Notes: generated by a model from the letters alone, not told the origin. A stretch of 64,000 bases of DNA from an archaeon (GCA_043819075.1 JBDRFE010000002.1:82653-146652); one strand, 5' to 3'; shown: positions 1-10,131, counted from the first letter of the stretch. Translations and numbers: made by a program.

Positions 1-366
1 TCGCATTCAACCGGTTCGGCTTGCTCTTTTTCGCAGAAAGCGGCTTTAGCTGCATTTGATTCAGATAAAATAGAGCTGCAAAAACAGGTTCAGGAATTCA
101 AAAAAAGAAGGGATTTGATTGCAGCACAATTAAAGAACTCAAAAATAAAATTTATTTTGCCGCAAGGAGCATTTTATTTCTTTTTTAATTTAAAGGAAAT
201 AACAAAAGATGATGTAAAGTTTTGTGCTGATTTGCTTGAAAAAAAGTATGTTGCATTGGTTCCGGGAACGCCTTTCGGCATGAAAGGATACGCAAGAATG
301 AGTTATGCGTGTTCTTTGGATGAAATAACTGAAGGAATAAAAAGAATAAAGGAATTCGTTCAGTGA
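1..366 (+). CDS. PLP-dependent class I/II aminotransferase, C-terminal part (5' end outside window)
   Basis: Frame open from base 1 (SHSTGSACSFSQKAALAA); PQGAFYFF and VALVPGTPFG..GYARMSYA are typical fold-type I C-terminal motifs. Confidence 0.85.
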   Translation, partial: SHSTGSACSFSQKAALAAFDSDKIELQKQVQEFKKRRDLIAAQLKNSKIKFILPQGAFYFFFNLKEITKDDVKFCADLLEKKYVALVPGTPFGMKGYARMSYACSLDEITEGIKRIKEFVQ

Positions 367-420
367 AGTTTTTCCAAAAAAATAGTTTTTTAATACTATT
401 TTAATTTATTTGATTATACT

Positions 421-720
421 ATGAAGAAAATTTGCCCTCAATGCGGAATCATTTTTGAAGTTGCTTCAGACCCGGCTTTTTGTTCAGTTAAATGCAAGAA
501 TCTTTTCCAGCAGCCAGGCTTTTTTGCAGCCAAAGGAAGCGCTGGTTTAAGAGCCAAATCTTTTTGGGAAGACGCCCAGACAGAAGTTTTTAAAGGAAAA
601 GGAATAAATCCAGTTCAATCTGATTCAAGCCAGCCAAAGTTTGCGAAAACAGAAAAAAAAGAAATTAAAGCACAAGAAACAGAAGACTTTGAAATAATCG
701 TGGCAAAAAAAAAGAACTAA
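421..720 (+). CDS. Hypothetical protein with N-terminal Zn-finger
   Basis: CPQC-x12-CSVKC motif, ATG after AT-rich promoter-like stretch. Confidence 0.6.
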   Translation: MKKICPQCGIIFEVASDPAFCSVKCKNLFQQPGFFAAKGSAGLRAKSFWEDAQTEVFKGKGINPVQSDSSQPKFAKTEKKEIKAQETEDFEIIVAKKKN

Positions 721-726
721 AAAAAA

Positions 727-1389
727 CTATTTGTTTAATTCAGCCAGAATTGCTTCCCTTAATTTTCCCCAGCTATCCACTTTTTTTCCGTTAACAAAAA
801 AAGTCGGTGTTCCGCCTACCCCGTCTTTTGTTCCCTGTAAAACCTGTGAATTAATCAAAGAGTCTTTTGTGTTTCCATCCAAGGTTTCAGTGAATTTTTC
901 TGTATCCAAACCAAGTTCTTCTGCATACTTAATCAAGTCTTCTCTAAGCAAATGATCCTGGTTTTCAAATAACTTGTCATGGTATTCCCAGAATTTTCCC
1001 TGGTCGTTTGCTGCTTCAGCTGCAACAGCTGCCTTAAAAGCAAAAGGATGAATTGAAGTTAAAGGAAAATGCCTGAACTCAAATTTTATCTGGTCACCAA
1101 ATTCATTAATGACATTCTTGCTGTAAGAATAAGCTGCACCGCACGCAGGGCACTGGAAATCAGAGTACTCTATTACAACAACTTTGGCTTCAGGATTGCC
1201 TTTGAATGGCCTTCCGTTATCGGTTATTCCTGTATCTGCATCAGGATGGCCTAATAAATAAAATCCTGTTATTGGTCCGCCAAAAACCAATACCCCTAAA
1301 ACAGCTATAACAAGTATTCCTATAATAATTTTTCCAAAATTATTGTCTTCTTTTTTTGATTCAATTTTTTTTTCTTTCAGTTTACTCAA
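727..1389 (-). CDS. Membrane-anchored DsbA/BdbD-type thiol-disulfide oxidoreductase
   Basis: N-terminal TM, YSDFQCPAC, RHFPL, GTPTFFVNG. Confidence 0.9.
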   Translation of the reverse strand: MSKLKEKKIESKKEDNNFGKIIIGILVIAVLGVLVFGGPITGFYLLGHPDADTGITDNGRPFKGNPEAKVVVIEYSDFQCPACGAAYSYSKNVINEFGDQIKFEFRHFPLTSIHPFAFKAAVAAEAANDQGKFWEYHDKLFENQDHLLREDLIKYAEELGLDTEKFTETLDGNTKDSLINSQVLQGTKDGVGGTPTFFVNGKKVDSWGKLREAILAELNK

Positions 1390-1534
1390 AAAAACACCTT
1401 TTATGTAGACTTTTCCTTTAATATTCTGGCAGGCAAAGATTTAAATTAATAATTTTTTGCTTAGTTTTCGCCCCTTTTTTAATACCATTCTTTTTTATTT
1501 CTTTTTTCATCCAATTTGTACAAGAGTTTTTTTT

Positions 1535-2650
1535 ATGCCTTCAGATAAAATGGTTTTGCCAACAAAACAGATTGCTTTTGCAGTAATAATTATTCTTGCG
1601 CTTTTAGCTGTTTCTTTTTTATGGATTCAGTTTTCTAATTCAGGAAACAACAATTCCGATGACTTGAACACATCAGACAATAATTCTGTTGTTGGCCCGC
1701 ATTTCATTAATTTAACTATTGTAGAAAAAAATGACTGCCTTGAATGCATTTCATTGGATGCATTAGTTACTGCAATAGAAAGCTTTGATGTTAACATTCT
1801 TGGGGTAAAAACAGTTGACGCTGATTCAACTGAAGGAAAAAACTTAATTGCAATGCACAATATTTCAAAGCTTCCCGTGCTTATTGTCAACGGAAGCTTT
1901 CAGGAAACAGACTTACAGCAGGCTTGGTCTGAAATAGGCGATGAATCAAACGGAGTATTAGTATTAAGAAAAGTCTTTCCCCCGTTTTATTCTTTGGAAG
2001 AAAACATGCTTGTAGGAAAAGTAAATTTGCTTGAAATCAAGAACTCTTCTTGTACTGACTGCATTGACTTAAACTTTGTTTTCACTGACTTAAGCCAGTT
2101 AGGCGTATTATTTGAAAGCCACAGAACAATTGAATTTGATTCAGCTGAAGCAAAAGACTTAATTGAATTTTATTTAATTGACAGAATTCCTGTTGTGCTT
2201 TTAGGCGGGGATGTAATTGAATATGATTTCATTACTTCTGTCTGGGACCAGGTCGGAATAATCGATGAAGACGGAACATTTGTTTACAATGAGGCTGTTC
2301 CATACTATGACTTGTTTTCTGGCGAGACAAAAGGATTAGTTGAAGTAACTAAATTAGTTGATGCAAACTGCTCTGATTGCCTTGACGTAAACCTTTTGCT
2401 TCTTCCATTAAACCAGTTTGGGGTAAAAATAACCAAAGAAACAACAATTGATGTTTCTTCTGAAGAAGGCAAAGCTTTAATTGAAAAATATTTAATTCAA
2501 AAAGTGCCTACAATAATTGTTTCAAGCGAGGCAGAAGAATACCTTGCTTTTTTTGTTTCATGGCCTGATCTTGGCTCTCAGGAAGAAGACGGAAAATTTG
2601 TTTTCAGAAACCTGGAAGCAGTCGGCCAGCCGTTCAAGACACTAGAATAA
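1535..2650 (+). CDS. Membrane-anchored protein with three tandem CxxC thioredoxin-like repeats
   Basis: N-terminal TM; CLEC, CTDC, CSDC each followed by similar S.EGK.LI..Y.I.K.P segment; start moved to ATG 1535. Confidence 0.7.
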   Translation: MPSDKMVLPTKQIAFAVIIILALLAVSFLWIQFSNSGNNNSDDLNTSDNNSVVGPHFINLTIVEKNDCLECISLDALVTAIESFDVNILGVKTVDADSTEGKNLIAMHNISKLPVLIVNGSFQETDLQQAWSEIGDESNGVLVLRKVFPPFYSLEENMLVGKVNLLEIKNSSCTDCIDLNFVFTDLSQLGVLFESHRTIEFDSAEAKDLIEFYLIDRIPVVLLGGDVIEYDFITSVWDQVGIIDEDGTFVYNEAVPYYDLFSGETKGLVEVTKLVDANCSDCLDVNLLLLPLNQFGVKITKETTIDVSSEEGKALIEKYLIQKVPTIIVSSEAEEYLAFFVSWPDLGSQEEDGKFVFRNLEAVGQPFKTLE

Positions 2651-3895
2651 TTTTTCCAGAACTAATTCTGTTTCCCCTGTAAAAGAATTATTTTTTGTTC
2701 TTGCAAGAAAACTGACTTCTTTTCCCCTGATTTCTTCATTTAATTCTTTTATCAGTTCCTCTATTATTATTTCTTCTGCCCTTGTCTCTATTTCTTTTGT
2801 TGTTTTTCCAATAATTGTTTCAGCTTTTTTTCCGTAAACAATTGCGTTCATTAAAGCGGTTTCATCCTCTAATTCAAATGAAACAACAAGCTTTCTTTCA
2901 GGCTTTAATACCTGCCCGCAGTTTCTGCAGAAAAAACTGTTGTTTTCTTCTTCAAGTTTTTTTCCGCATTCAGGGCACACATTAAATAAAAGCCTGGTTT
3001 TATTCAATCCTTTTATTTTTCCGCTTGCAACAAACTTTTGCCCTGTGCCCGCATTATTCAGTTCGGTTTTTCCGAAAAAATTAATGCATAATTCTTTTAA
3101 TTCTTTTAATGCTGTTTCCTGTAATTCCTTTATTTGAGAGCTTTCAGCTGAATGCAGTTCAATTGCGCCAAAATTTTTTTTTGCGTTAAAGCCTTTTAAT
3201 TCAACGGCTTTCCCTTCAGTTATTTTTTCTTTTGCTTTTTCGTTCCATAAAACCGCATTAATCGCCCCTGTTCCGTCAATTAATTCAATTCTTTTAAGCA
3301 TTCCGTTTTTTCCGTTGGATTCAAATTCTTTTAAAGGGAATTCCTTTAAAACCCTTGCCTGAACTGAAACATTTTTTTCCCATTCCTTTACTTCAGAAAT
3401 ATTTTTTGTTTTTGTTTCAGTTTCTTTTTCATTTATTTTTTCCTTTAATTCCATTACTCCGTTAAACCCTTTCTTTAACTGCAATCTTCCGTTAAATTCA
3501 CCCGCAGAAAACTCTTTTAACTCAATTCTTTTTCCTTCATCTTTTTCGCTTAACATTGTGGTATCATTATTCCATAATACTAGGGTTGCCTCGCCTGTTT
3601 TGTCTTTTATTAAAGCGTTTTTTACTTTGCCTTTTTTTCCTTTTGACTCAAATTCCCTTTCAGGGTAAACTGAAACAATTTCTGCTTTCAGGTTAACTGT
3701 TTCATTGCTTTTTATTTCAGAAATTGTTTTGTATTCCTGTTCTGAGTTAACTCCTGTTTCCCTTGCAATAAGGTATAATGCGGCTTCTTCGTTAAGCATT
3801 CCGGAAAACTTTTTCACTTTTTCCCTTATTTTTTCGTTTAATTCTTTTTCGCTGAGTTTTCCTTTTTCAAGGATTTCTTCCCTTAATTTCTGCAT
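2642..3895 (-). CDS. rpa: Replication protein A (multi-OB-fold ssDNA-binding protein with Zn ribbon)
   Basis: Repeated D.TG....VLWN OB folds; CPEC..CRNC Zn finger in the C-terminal OB fold. Confidence 0.9.
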   Translation of the reverse strand: MQKLREEILEKGKLSEKELNEKIREKVKKFSGMLNEEAALYLIARETGVNSEQEYKTISEIKSNETVNLKAEIVSVYPEREFESKGKKGKVKNALIKDKTGEATLVLWNNDTTMLSEKDEGKRIELKEFSAGEFNGRLQLKKGFNGVMELKEKINEKETETKTKNISEVKEWEKNVSVQARVLKEFPLKEFESNGKNGMLKRIELIDGTGAINAVLWNEKAKEKITEGKAVELKGFNAKKNFGAIELHSAESSQIKELQETALKELKELCINFFGKTELNNAGTGQKFVASGKIKGLNKTRLLFNVCPECGKKLEEENNSFFCRNCGQVLKPERKLVVSFELEDETALMNAIVYGKKAETIIGKTTKEIETRAEEIIIEELIKELNEEIRGKEVSFLARTKNNSFTGETELVLEKLF

Positions 3896-3947
3896 TACAT
3901 AGTTAACTCCAGAAAACCTTTAATTCCTTTTATTGCCCAGTTATTTA

Positions 3948-4592
3948 ATGCCATTGCTTAATCCAATAAAAAACGTTTTTCTCTTTAAAACAGCCGAATT
4001 TTCCTGTAACTCCTATTTAATCAAAGGAAAACAGAATGTTTTGGTTGATTCAGGTTCTGCTTCCTCAATTCCAGAGCATGTTTTAATGCTCAAAGAACTT
4101 AATTTGAAGCCTTTAGATATTGATTTTGTTTTTCACACTCATGGCCATTACGACCATTTTGAGGCAGACAAAATTTACGGCAATGCAAAAAAGTTCATCA
4201 GCAAAACTGAAGCAGAATTACTTGAAAACAACAGGCAGGAATTTACTAAAAGCAGTTTTTCTTTTGTTCCAGAATTCTCTTTTTTTTCAGAAAACCAATT
4301 GCTTGAATTTTTTCCTTTTGCCTTGAAAGTAATTTTTACCCCGGGCCATTCCAAAGGCTCTGTTTGTTTTTTTGAAGAAAAAAAGAAATGGCTTTTTTCC
4401 GGCGACACTTTGTTCGAAAAAACAATTGGCAGAACTGATTTGCCAAGCTCTTCTTTTGATGAACTAAAAAACTCGATTAAACTGCTTTCAGAACTTGAAA
4501 TAAGTTTTTTGTTTCCAGGCCACGGAAAAATAATTTCCGGAATAAAAGAAAACAAAGAAAACTTTAATTTTATTAATAAAAACTTTTTTTAG
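3948..4592 (+). CDS. MBL-fold metallo-hydrolase (glyoxalase II-like)
   Basis: THGHYDH, TPGHS, FSGDTLF, PGHG. Confidence 0.9.
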   Translation: MPLLNPIKNVFLFKTAEFSCNSYLIKGKQNVLVDSGSASSIPEHVLMLKELNLKPLDIDFVFHTHGHYDHFEADKIYGNAKKFISKTEAELLENNRQEFTKSSFSFVPEFSFFSENQLLEFFPFALKVIFTPGHSKGSVCFFEEKKKWLFSGDTLFEKTIGRTDLPSSSFDELKNSIKLLSELEISFLFPGHGKIISGIKENKENFNFINKNFF

Positions 4593-4599
4593 CCAGAAA

Positions 4600-4611
4600 C
4601 ACCGGCAGTCA
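4600..4611 (+). promoter_or_regulatory. CACCGG upstream motif, copy 1 (CACCGGCAGTCA)
   Basis: 54 nt before PIN ATG; identical 12-mer at 36055. Confidence 0.55.
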
Positions 4612-4653
4612 ACCATCAAAGCAAATAAAAACAGGCAAAACAAGTTTTTTTCT

Positions 4654-5079
4654 ATGCCTCAAAGAATTTACCTTGACTCAAATGTATTGATTTCTTTGTT
4701 AAGGGATGAAATTGACAAAAGCTTCAGGCTTCTTTCAGCTGAAGCACAGCAGTTTTTTGATTACGCAAGAAAGCATGGCGGCATTCTTGTTTTGTCAGAT
4801 TTGTTTTACAAAGAAATCAAAGACATAATCAAACTGGATAAAAAATCAGTAAATCAGTTTTTCTTTTCAGTTAAAGTATTTTTTGAGGAAACTGAATTCG
4901 CTGAACAAGATTTTAGAGAATCAAAAAAACTAGAATCTTTTGGAGTGCATTATCCTGACTCGCTTCATGCGGCAATTGCAATCAGGACAAAATGTAATTC
5001 TATTGCAACTTTTAATTCAAAAGACTTTAAAGGACTTAGAGAAAAGATTAAGGTTGTTGAACCAAGAGACTTTATTTGA
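4654..5079 (+). CDS. PIN-domain (VapC-like) ribonuclease
   Basis: IYLDSNVLI, E, DSLHAAIA, TFNSKDF acidic PIN tetrad pattern. Confidence 0.85.
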   Translation: MPQRIYLDSNVLISLLRDEIDKSFRLLSAEAQQFFDYARKHGGILVLSDLFYKEIKDIIKLDKKSVNQFFFSVKVFFEETEFAEQDFRESKKLESFGVHYPDSLHAAIAIRTKCNSIATFNSKDFKGLREKIKVVEPRDFI

Positions 5080-5362
5080 ATCCTTTTTCTCTCATAAATT
5101 CGTTTGCAATCCTTTCTTTTTCTTTTCTTGGAATTGAAATTGTTTTTCCATCCCAGCCTCTTGATTTAGCTTTTTTTGCCAGTCTTTTTGCAGCAGCCCT
5201 TATGTCGCTTAAATCATCGTTAAGTTTCATTAGTTCAGCTAGCTTTTCCCTTACAGCATCTTTAATGAATTCGCTTCTAGAAGAATACAATTTAGAAGAT
5301 TTAATTACTGTGTCAAGGGTTTTCACATACTCTGAATCCACAGCAACAGTTAATGTTTTCAT
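5072..5362 (-). CDS. Ribbon-helix-helix (CopG/NikR-like) protein, possible antitoxin
   Basis: TLTVAVD...LD...YSSRSEFIKDAVRE RHH signature. Confidence 0.8.
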   Translation of the reverse strand: MKTLTVAVDSEYVKTLDTVIKSSKLYSSRSEFIKDAVREKLAELMKLNDDLSDIRAAAKRLAKKAKSRGWDGKTISIPRKEKERIANEFMREKGFK

Positions 5363-5497
5363 ATTACTAACATATGAGTCAAATACTATTTAAATCTTTT
5401 TATTTTGTTTTTTTCCCGCAATGCCTTGTTATTTTAATTTTTTTTCTTTTAAACCATCTTTAAATACTTTTTCCACATAATTTTTGAGTGATTTTTT

Positions 5498-6286
5498 ATG
5501 TTTGAAGAGCATTTTGGCAAAACATTTAAGCGTGTTTTAAAAGAAATTGATGAAAAAAAAGGTTTAGTGTTTTTGGTTATTGACCCTCCTGACCAGTCTC
5601 CTGAAGAAGCAGGAATAATAGCTGAGTTAGCTGAGAAAGCAGGAGTTTCTGCTTTTGCTGTTGGAGGTTCTGTTGGAGCACAAGGCTCTACTTTAGATAA
5701 AACCATTAAAGAAATCAAATCAAATTCTTCTCTGCCTGTCATATTGTTCCCAGGAAATATTGCTACTTTAAGCCCTAAAGCTGATGCAGCTTATTTTATG
5801 TCAATGCTTAATTCAAGGGACCCTTATTTTATTTCCGGGGCGCAGACTGCTTCTTCGCTTCCAATAAAAAAAATGAAGTTAGAGACTATTCCGACTTCTT
5901 ATCTTGTTTTTGAGCCAGGAAAAGCTGTTGGCTGGATTGGCCAGGCTAATTTGATTCCAAGAGATGTTCCATACATTGGGGTGGCAGCTGCTCTGGCAGG
6001 ACAGTTCATGGGCTCTCATTTAGTTATACTTGAATCTGGTTCTGGTGCACCTTCCTGTGTTCCTCCTGAAAACGTTAAAGCAATTGCTTCTGTAATTGAC
6101 ATTCCGATTGTTGTTGCAGGAGGCGTTAAAACCCCTAAACTGGCTTTTGATGCAATTTCTGCCGGAGCATCAATTGTTCATGTCGGTACAGCAATAGATA
6201 ATGTGCATAAAAACAAATCCAAGGCATTAGAGTTAATGAAAGAGTTTGTTGCTTCAGCTGAAAAAGGCGGAAAAAACAGGAACTAG
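5498..6286 (+). CDS. Geranylgeranylglyceryl phosphate synthase (group II-like)
   Basis: VIDP, VGGS, PVILFPG, MLNSRDPYFI, LESGSGA, VAGG motifs. Confidence 0.9.
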   Translation: MFEEHFGKTFKRVLKEIDEKKGLVFLVIDPPDQSPEEAGIIAELAEKAGVSAFAVGGSVGAQGSTLDKTIKEIKSNSSLPVILFPGNIATLSPKADAAYFMSMLNSRDPYFISGAQTASSLPIKKMKLETIPTSYLVFEPGKAVGWIGQANLIPRDVPYIGVAAALAGQFMGSHLVILESGSGAPSCVPPENVKAIASVIDIPIVVAGGVKTPKLAFDAISAGASIVHVGTAIDNVHKNKSKALELMKEFVASAEKGGKNRN

Positions 6287-7167
6287 TTTTTTGCGTTTAA
6301 TTCTTTTATTGTTTCTTTTACTGCGTCTTCAGTTGAATACTTTGCTTTCCATCCCAGTTTATTTATTTTTTCTGTTGAATAATTTCTTTCCCTTACAAGC
6401 CTTTGAATGTATTCATTCCTTAAAATAGAGCTTCCTTTAAAGAAAGCATAAATTCTTGCAAGGAAAACCGGAAGCACTTTAATTTTTTTTTCTATTCCTA
6501 GTTCTTTTTGGATTAAACAATATAAGTTAACAAGTTTTTTTGGCTTTTCTTCTGCCACAATAAATGTCTCGTTTTCTGTTTCAGCTTTCTTTAAACAAAA
6601 AAGTATTGCTGAAACCAAGTCCTTGTAATAGATTACCTGAAAATTATTTTTTCCTTCGCCAATCAACGGAAACCCTTTTTTTATTAATTCAGTTATCTGT
6701 TTCCAGTACTTGTTTGGCCCTAAAACAAGTGCGCTCCGGATTATTGTAATTGGGATTAGCTCCTGGAATTCATTGACTTTTTTTTCTGCTTCAGCTTTTG
6801 TTTTCTCGTATTTTGTTTGTGGATTCAAAGAAGTGTTTTCATCCGCCTGCTTTGTTATGTTTCCCATTACCCCTACTGTACTCAAGTAAATGAATTTTTT
6901 TATTTTGAATTCAACGCATTTCTCTAAAAGCAGTTCAGTTCCTTTTACATTAACTGTATTTAATTCTTCCAGTGTTTTGCTTTCATCAAGGAGTGCTGCT
7001 AAATGAATGACTATTTCAGCTCCCTTTAATGCATCCAAATCTTTTGGGTTCAATAAATTCTGTCCTTTGCTTAAATCAAACTCTATTGTATTATGTTTTT
7101 CTTTTCTCAGCTCTTTTAAAAGCTCTTTTCCGATGAATCCAGCTGAACCAGTTACAAGAATATTCAT
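6283..7167 (-). CDS. NAD-dependent epimerase/dehydratase
   Basis: TGSAGFIG, HLAA, YEKTK (YxxxK). Confidence 0.9.
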   Translation of the reverse strand: MNILVTGSAGFIGKELLKELRKEKHNTIEFDLSKGQNLLNPKDLDALKGAEIVIHLAALLDESKTLEELNTVNVKGTELLLEKCVEFKIKKFIYLSTVGVMGNITKQADENTSLNPQTKYEKTKAEAEKKVNEFQELIPITIIRSALVLGPNKYWKQITELIKKGFPLIGEGKNNFQVIYYKDLVSAILFCLKKAETENETFIVAEEKPKKLVNLYCLIQKELGIEKKIKVLPVFLARIYAFFKGSSILRNEYIQRLVRERNYSTEKINKLGWKAKYSTEDAVKETIKELNAKN

Positions 7168-7227
7168 TTAATCACTTAAAGTTTAGGTAAAAATCTTATT
7201 ATTAATTTTATTGTATTAAATGCTTTT

Positions 7228-8037
7228 ATGCCTAGGCCTGTGAAGAAAAGAAAGTTAGTTGGTGGAAGAAAACCTTCTTCAAGAACGCCTTTGCTTAGAA
7301 GCCTCCCGGCCAAAAAACCTAAAGCGTATTCACCTCCAACCAAGATGCTTTCTTTGCTTAAAAAAACTCTTTCTGATTGGAGTTCTTTGAAGTTTAGTGA
7401 TTTTAAGTCTTTTTCTTTGCTGTCAGAAAACCAGACTATTTTTTTGTGGGGCAGGCAGCACCCACTAAGAAAAGAGTTTATTTTTGGCAAAGGGCTCGCA
7501 CATCCTTTAGTTTCGCTTTTGGTTGCAAACAAAATTGTTGTTGAAAGAAATAAAACTTTAAAACAAATTGCAATAGAAGCATCTGAAATTCTTTCAAAGC
7601 GCTTTCATAGGCCTTTTAAGTTAAGTGAAAATTTTGTGAATTTAGTTAACAAAATTTTTCGGTTAAGGTCGCGTGAAGAACTGCAAAGAAAAGGAAAATG
7701 GGGCGGGGCAAGAGAAGAATTGTCTGATGCTATGAGAGCATCAATTATTAATGACTTAAAAACTTCTCGCTTGTCAATAAAAAAAATTGCAGAAAAATGT
7801 GGTGTTTCTTGGTTTTCAGTGTATTCACTTGGTGTTAATGAAGAAATCATAAAACCCAAACTAAACGAAAAGAGAGGTGTTAGGGTTCCTTTGGAAAAAG
7901 AAGCTCTTATCAGAAAACTCATTGAACAAGGAGAGCTGAATGATAAGCAGATAGCAGAACAAGCTGGCGTAAGCCATTATACAGTTTATATAAAAAGAAC
8001 AGGAAAAAACTATTACAAGCGCGCATCTTCTGCCTGA
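7228..8037 (+). CDS. Hypothetical protein, basic N-terminus, C-terminal tandem HTH-like motifs
   Basis: SIKKIAEKCGVS and NDKQIAEQAGVSHYTV. Confidence 0.6.
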   Translation: MPRPVKKRKLVGGRKPSSRTPLLRSLPAKKPKAYSPPTKMLSLLKKTLSDWSSLKFSDFKSFSLLSENQTIFLWGRQHPLRKEFIFGKGLAHPLVSLLVANKIVVERNKTLKQIAIEASEILSKRFHRPFKLSENFVNLVNKIFRLRSREELQRKGKWGGAREELSDAMRASIINDLKTSRLSIKKIAEKCGVSWFSVYSLGVNEEIIKPKLNEKRGVRVPLEKEALIRKLIEQGELNDKQIAEQAGVSHYTVYIKRTGKNYYKRASSA

Positions 8038-8078
8038 TTAAACATTTATTATTAATTTATTCCTTATAAAGTTAATTC

Positions 8079-9137
8079 ATGCAAAAAGATTTAATTCAGA
8101 TTGACGGCCGCTCTGGCGGGCAATGCCTTAGGACAGCAATTTCTTTGTCTTCTGTGCTGAAAAAGCCTGTTCTAGTATTCAATATTCGTGCAAACAGGCC
8201 TAAGACAGGCTTAGCCCAACAGCATTTAACCGGCTTGAATACTCTGGCAAAAATTTCTCGCGCAAAAGTAAAAGGAAATTTTTTGGGTTCAAAAAAAATT
8301 GTTTTTTACCCAAAAGAACTAAAAGACGGCAATTATTCTGTTAACATCGGCACAGCAGGCTCTATTACTTTATTGTTGCAGTCTTTAACCCTTCCATTGG
8401 TTTTTTCTGAAGCAAAAGCTTCTTTTAAAATTTTAGGCGGAACAGATGTTCCGTTTGCGCCTTCATTTAATTACACAAAAGACGTTTTTTTCCCGTTTAT
8501 TTCTTCTATGGGAGCAAAATTTTCTCTGGATTTGAAGAGAAGAGGTTATTACCCTGAAGGCAAAGGATTTGTTTTTTTCTCTAAGGCTTCATCTAATCTT
8601 CCGTTAAAACCGTTTTATAAAGTTGAACAAGGCAGGCTGAAATTCATTAAAATTATTTCGCATTCAACCGGTCTGCCAAAAGAGGCTTCAGCTAATATGC
8701 TGGCTTCAGCAAAAAAAACCCTTATAGAAAAGCTGTCCCCTGATTTTGAGGAAGTAACTGAATTCAATGAAGCAATAGATGAAAAAGGCGCTGGAATAAC
8801 TTTGATTGCATTTTTTGACGACAAAACAAGAATTGGGGTAAGTGCAGTGCAGGAAAAAAACAAGCGCCCGGGAAAGCTTGCGGCAGAAGAATTAATTAAA
8901 GAAATTGGGTCAAAAAAGCCTGTTGACATGCATTTATCCGACCAGTTAATTCCTTTCATGGCTTTAGCTAAAGGGCATTCAACTCTTGAAACCTCTTGTT
9001 TAACCCATCATACTTTAAACAATATTTCTGTTGCAGAAAAATTCCTTGACATAAAATTTGAGGTAAAAGGAAAAATAAGCGAGCCGGCTGAAATTTCTGT
9101 TGAAGGAATCTCTTTCAGGGGAACAAAAAATGAATAA
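8079..9137 (+). CDS. rtcA: RNA 3'-terminal phosphate cyclase
   Basis: GGQCLRTA, IRANRP..GL..QH, TAGSITL, RRGYYP.G.G, DMHLSDQL catalytic His. Confidence 0.95.
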   Translation: MQKDLIQIDGRSGGQCLRTAISLSSVLKKPVLVFNIRANRPKTGLAQQHLTGLNTLAKISRAKVKGNFLGSKKIVFYPKELKDGNYSVNIGTAGSITLLLQSLTLPLVFSEAKASFKILGGTDVPFAPSFNYTKDVFFPFISSMGAKFSLDLKRRGYYPEGKGFVFFSKASSNLPLKPFYKVEQGRLKFIKIISHSTGLPKEASANMLASAKKTLIEKLSPDFEEVTEFNEAIDEKGAGITLIAFFDDKTRIGVSAVQEKNKRPGKLAAEELIKEIGSKKPVDMHLSDQLIPFMALAKGHSTLETSCLTHHTLNNISVAEKFLDIKFEVKGKISEPAEISVEGISFRGTKNE

Positions 9138-9303
9138 GCTGTTCACCAAACTAATTGTTTTTCTTTTAATTGCATTGCTTTTGCTTATTTTTTTTCTTTC
9201 AATTTTAGGCTACACTGACATAATTAATTTCTGGATTGCAGCAGTTATTGTGACAGTTTTTGCTTTTGTTGTACTGCCAAAACTAAATAAACAAGTTAAT
9301 TAA
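9130..9303 (+). CDS. Small two-TM membrane protein
   Basis: Two hydrophobic stretches; ATG overlaps rtcA end. Confidence 0.55.
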   Translation: MNKLFTKLIVFLLIALLLLIFFLSILGYTDIINFWIAAVIVTVFAFVVLPKLNKQVN

Positions 9304-10131
9304 TAGTTCAGGGAAAGCAAGGTTAATTAATACTCCTACAAAAATAAATGGCCCGAATTTTGGCAGGTTCCTGTAAACAAATATTTCTTTTATTCCTGCT
9401 TTTTCCAGTTCTTTTTTTTCTTTTTCCCCTAAAATCCCTTTTATCCCTAAATTCAGTTTTTTTATTGTGTTTTTTTCTTCGAATTCAAATGCAATTAATT
9501 CATCTTCTTCCATTTCTTTTAATGGAATTTTTTTGAGGAAAAAATTTTTTTTAATCCCTTTTTCTAATGCAATGAATACAAGTGAAATGCTTAATGGAAT
9601 CATTAAAACAATGATTATTTTTTCCATTCCCATTGAATAAATCAGGAAAAAATAAAACAAAAGCAGTATTCCGATTCCAGCGGCTTTTTTTATTCCTTCA
9701 AGGTTTTCTTTTAATTTAATTCCTTTTCTTGCATACTTTATTGTGTAATATACCCCGTAAAATACAAGTGAGCTTATTCCAGCCCAGATTAATGCGTTTA
9801 ATACAAAAATGTTTAACGGAAATACTCCTGCGTCAAATGGCAGAAGCAGTGCAATCCCGGTAAATAATTTTACGTCTCCTCCGCCGATTTTGCCTAAAAA
9901 ATACATTCCATACCCTAAAACAAAAACCAGTATTCCGACAGAAAAAAGTTCCAAGAACTTTTCAATTGAAATTTCTTTTCCTAACTCAAATAAATTCAAG
10001 AGAATTCCTGCTGCAATCATGGGATAAGTTATTTTGTCAAAAATATATCCTGTCTTGAAATCAGTGTAAGCCCCTAACAGGCTTCCGATTAAAATCACTG
10101 CCTGCCTTAACAATAAAATCATTGTAATCAC
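9283..10131 (-). CDS. A24-family prepilin/prearchaellin peptidase
   Basis: YTDFK Asp, GGGDVK motif, multi-TM, C-terminal PKFGPFI. Confidence 0.9.
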   Translation of the reverse strand: MITMILLLRQAVILIGSLLGAYTDFKTGYIFDKITYPMIAAGILLNLFELGKEISIEKFLELFSVGILVFVLGYGMYFLGKIGGGDVKLFTGIALLLPFDAGVFPLNIFVLNALIWAGISSLVFYGVYYTIKYARKGIKLKENLEGIKKAAGIGILLLFYFFLIYSMGMEKIIIVLMIPLSISLVFIALEKGIKKNFFLKKIPLKEMEEDELIAFEFEEKNTIKKLNLGIKGILGEKEKKELEKAGIKEIFVYRNLPKFGPFIFVGVLINLAFPELLINLFI

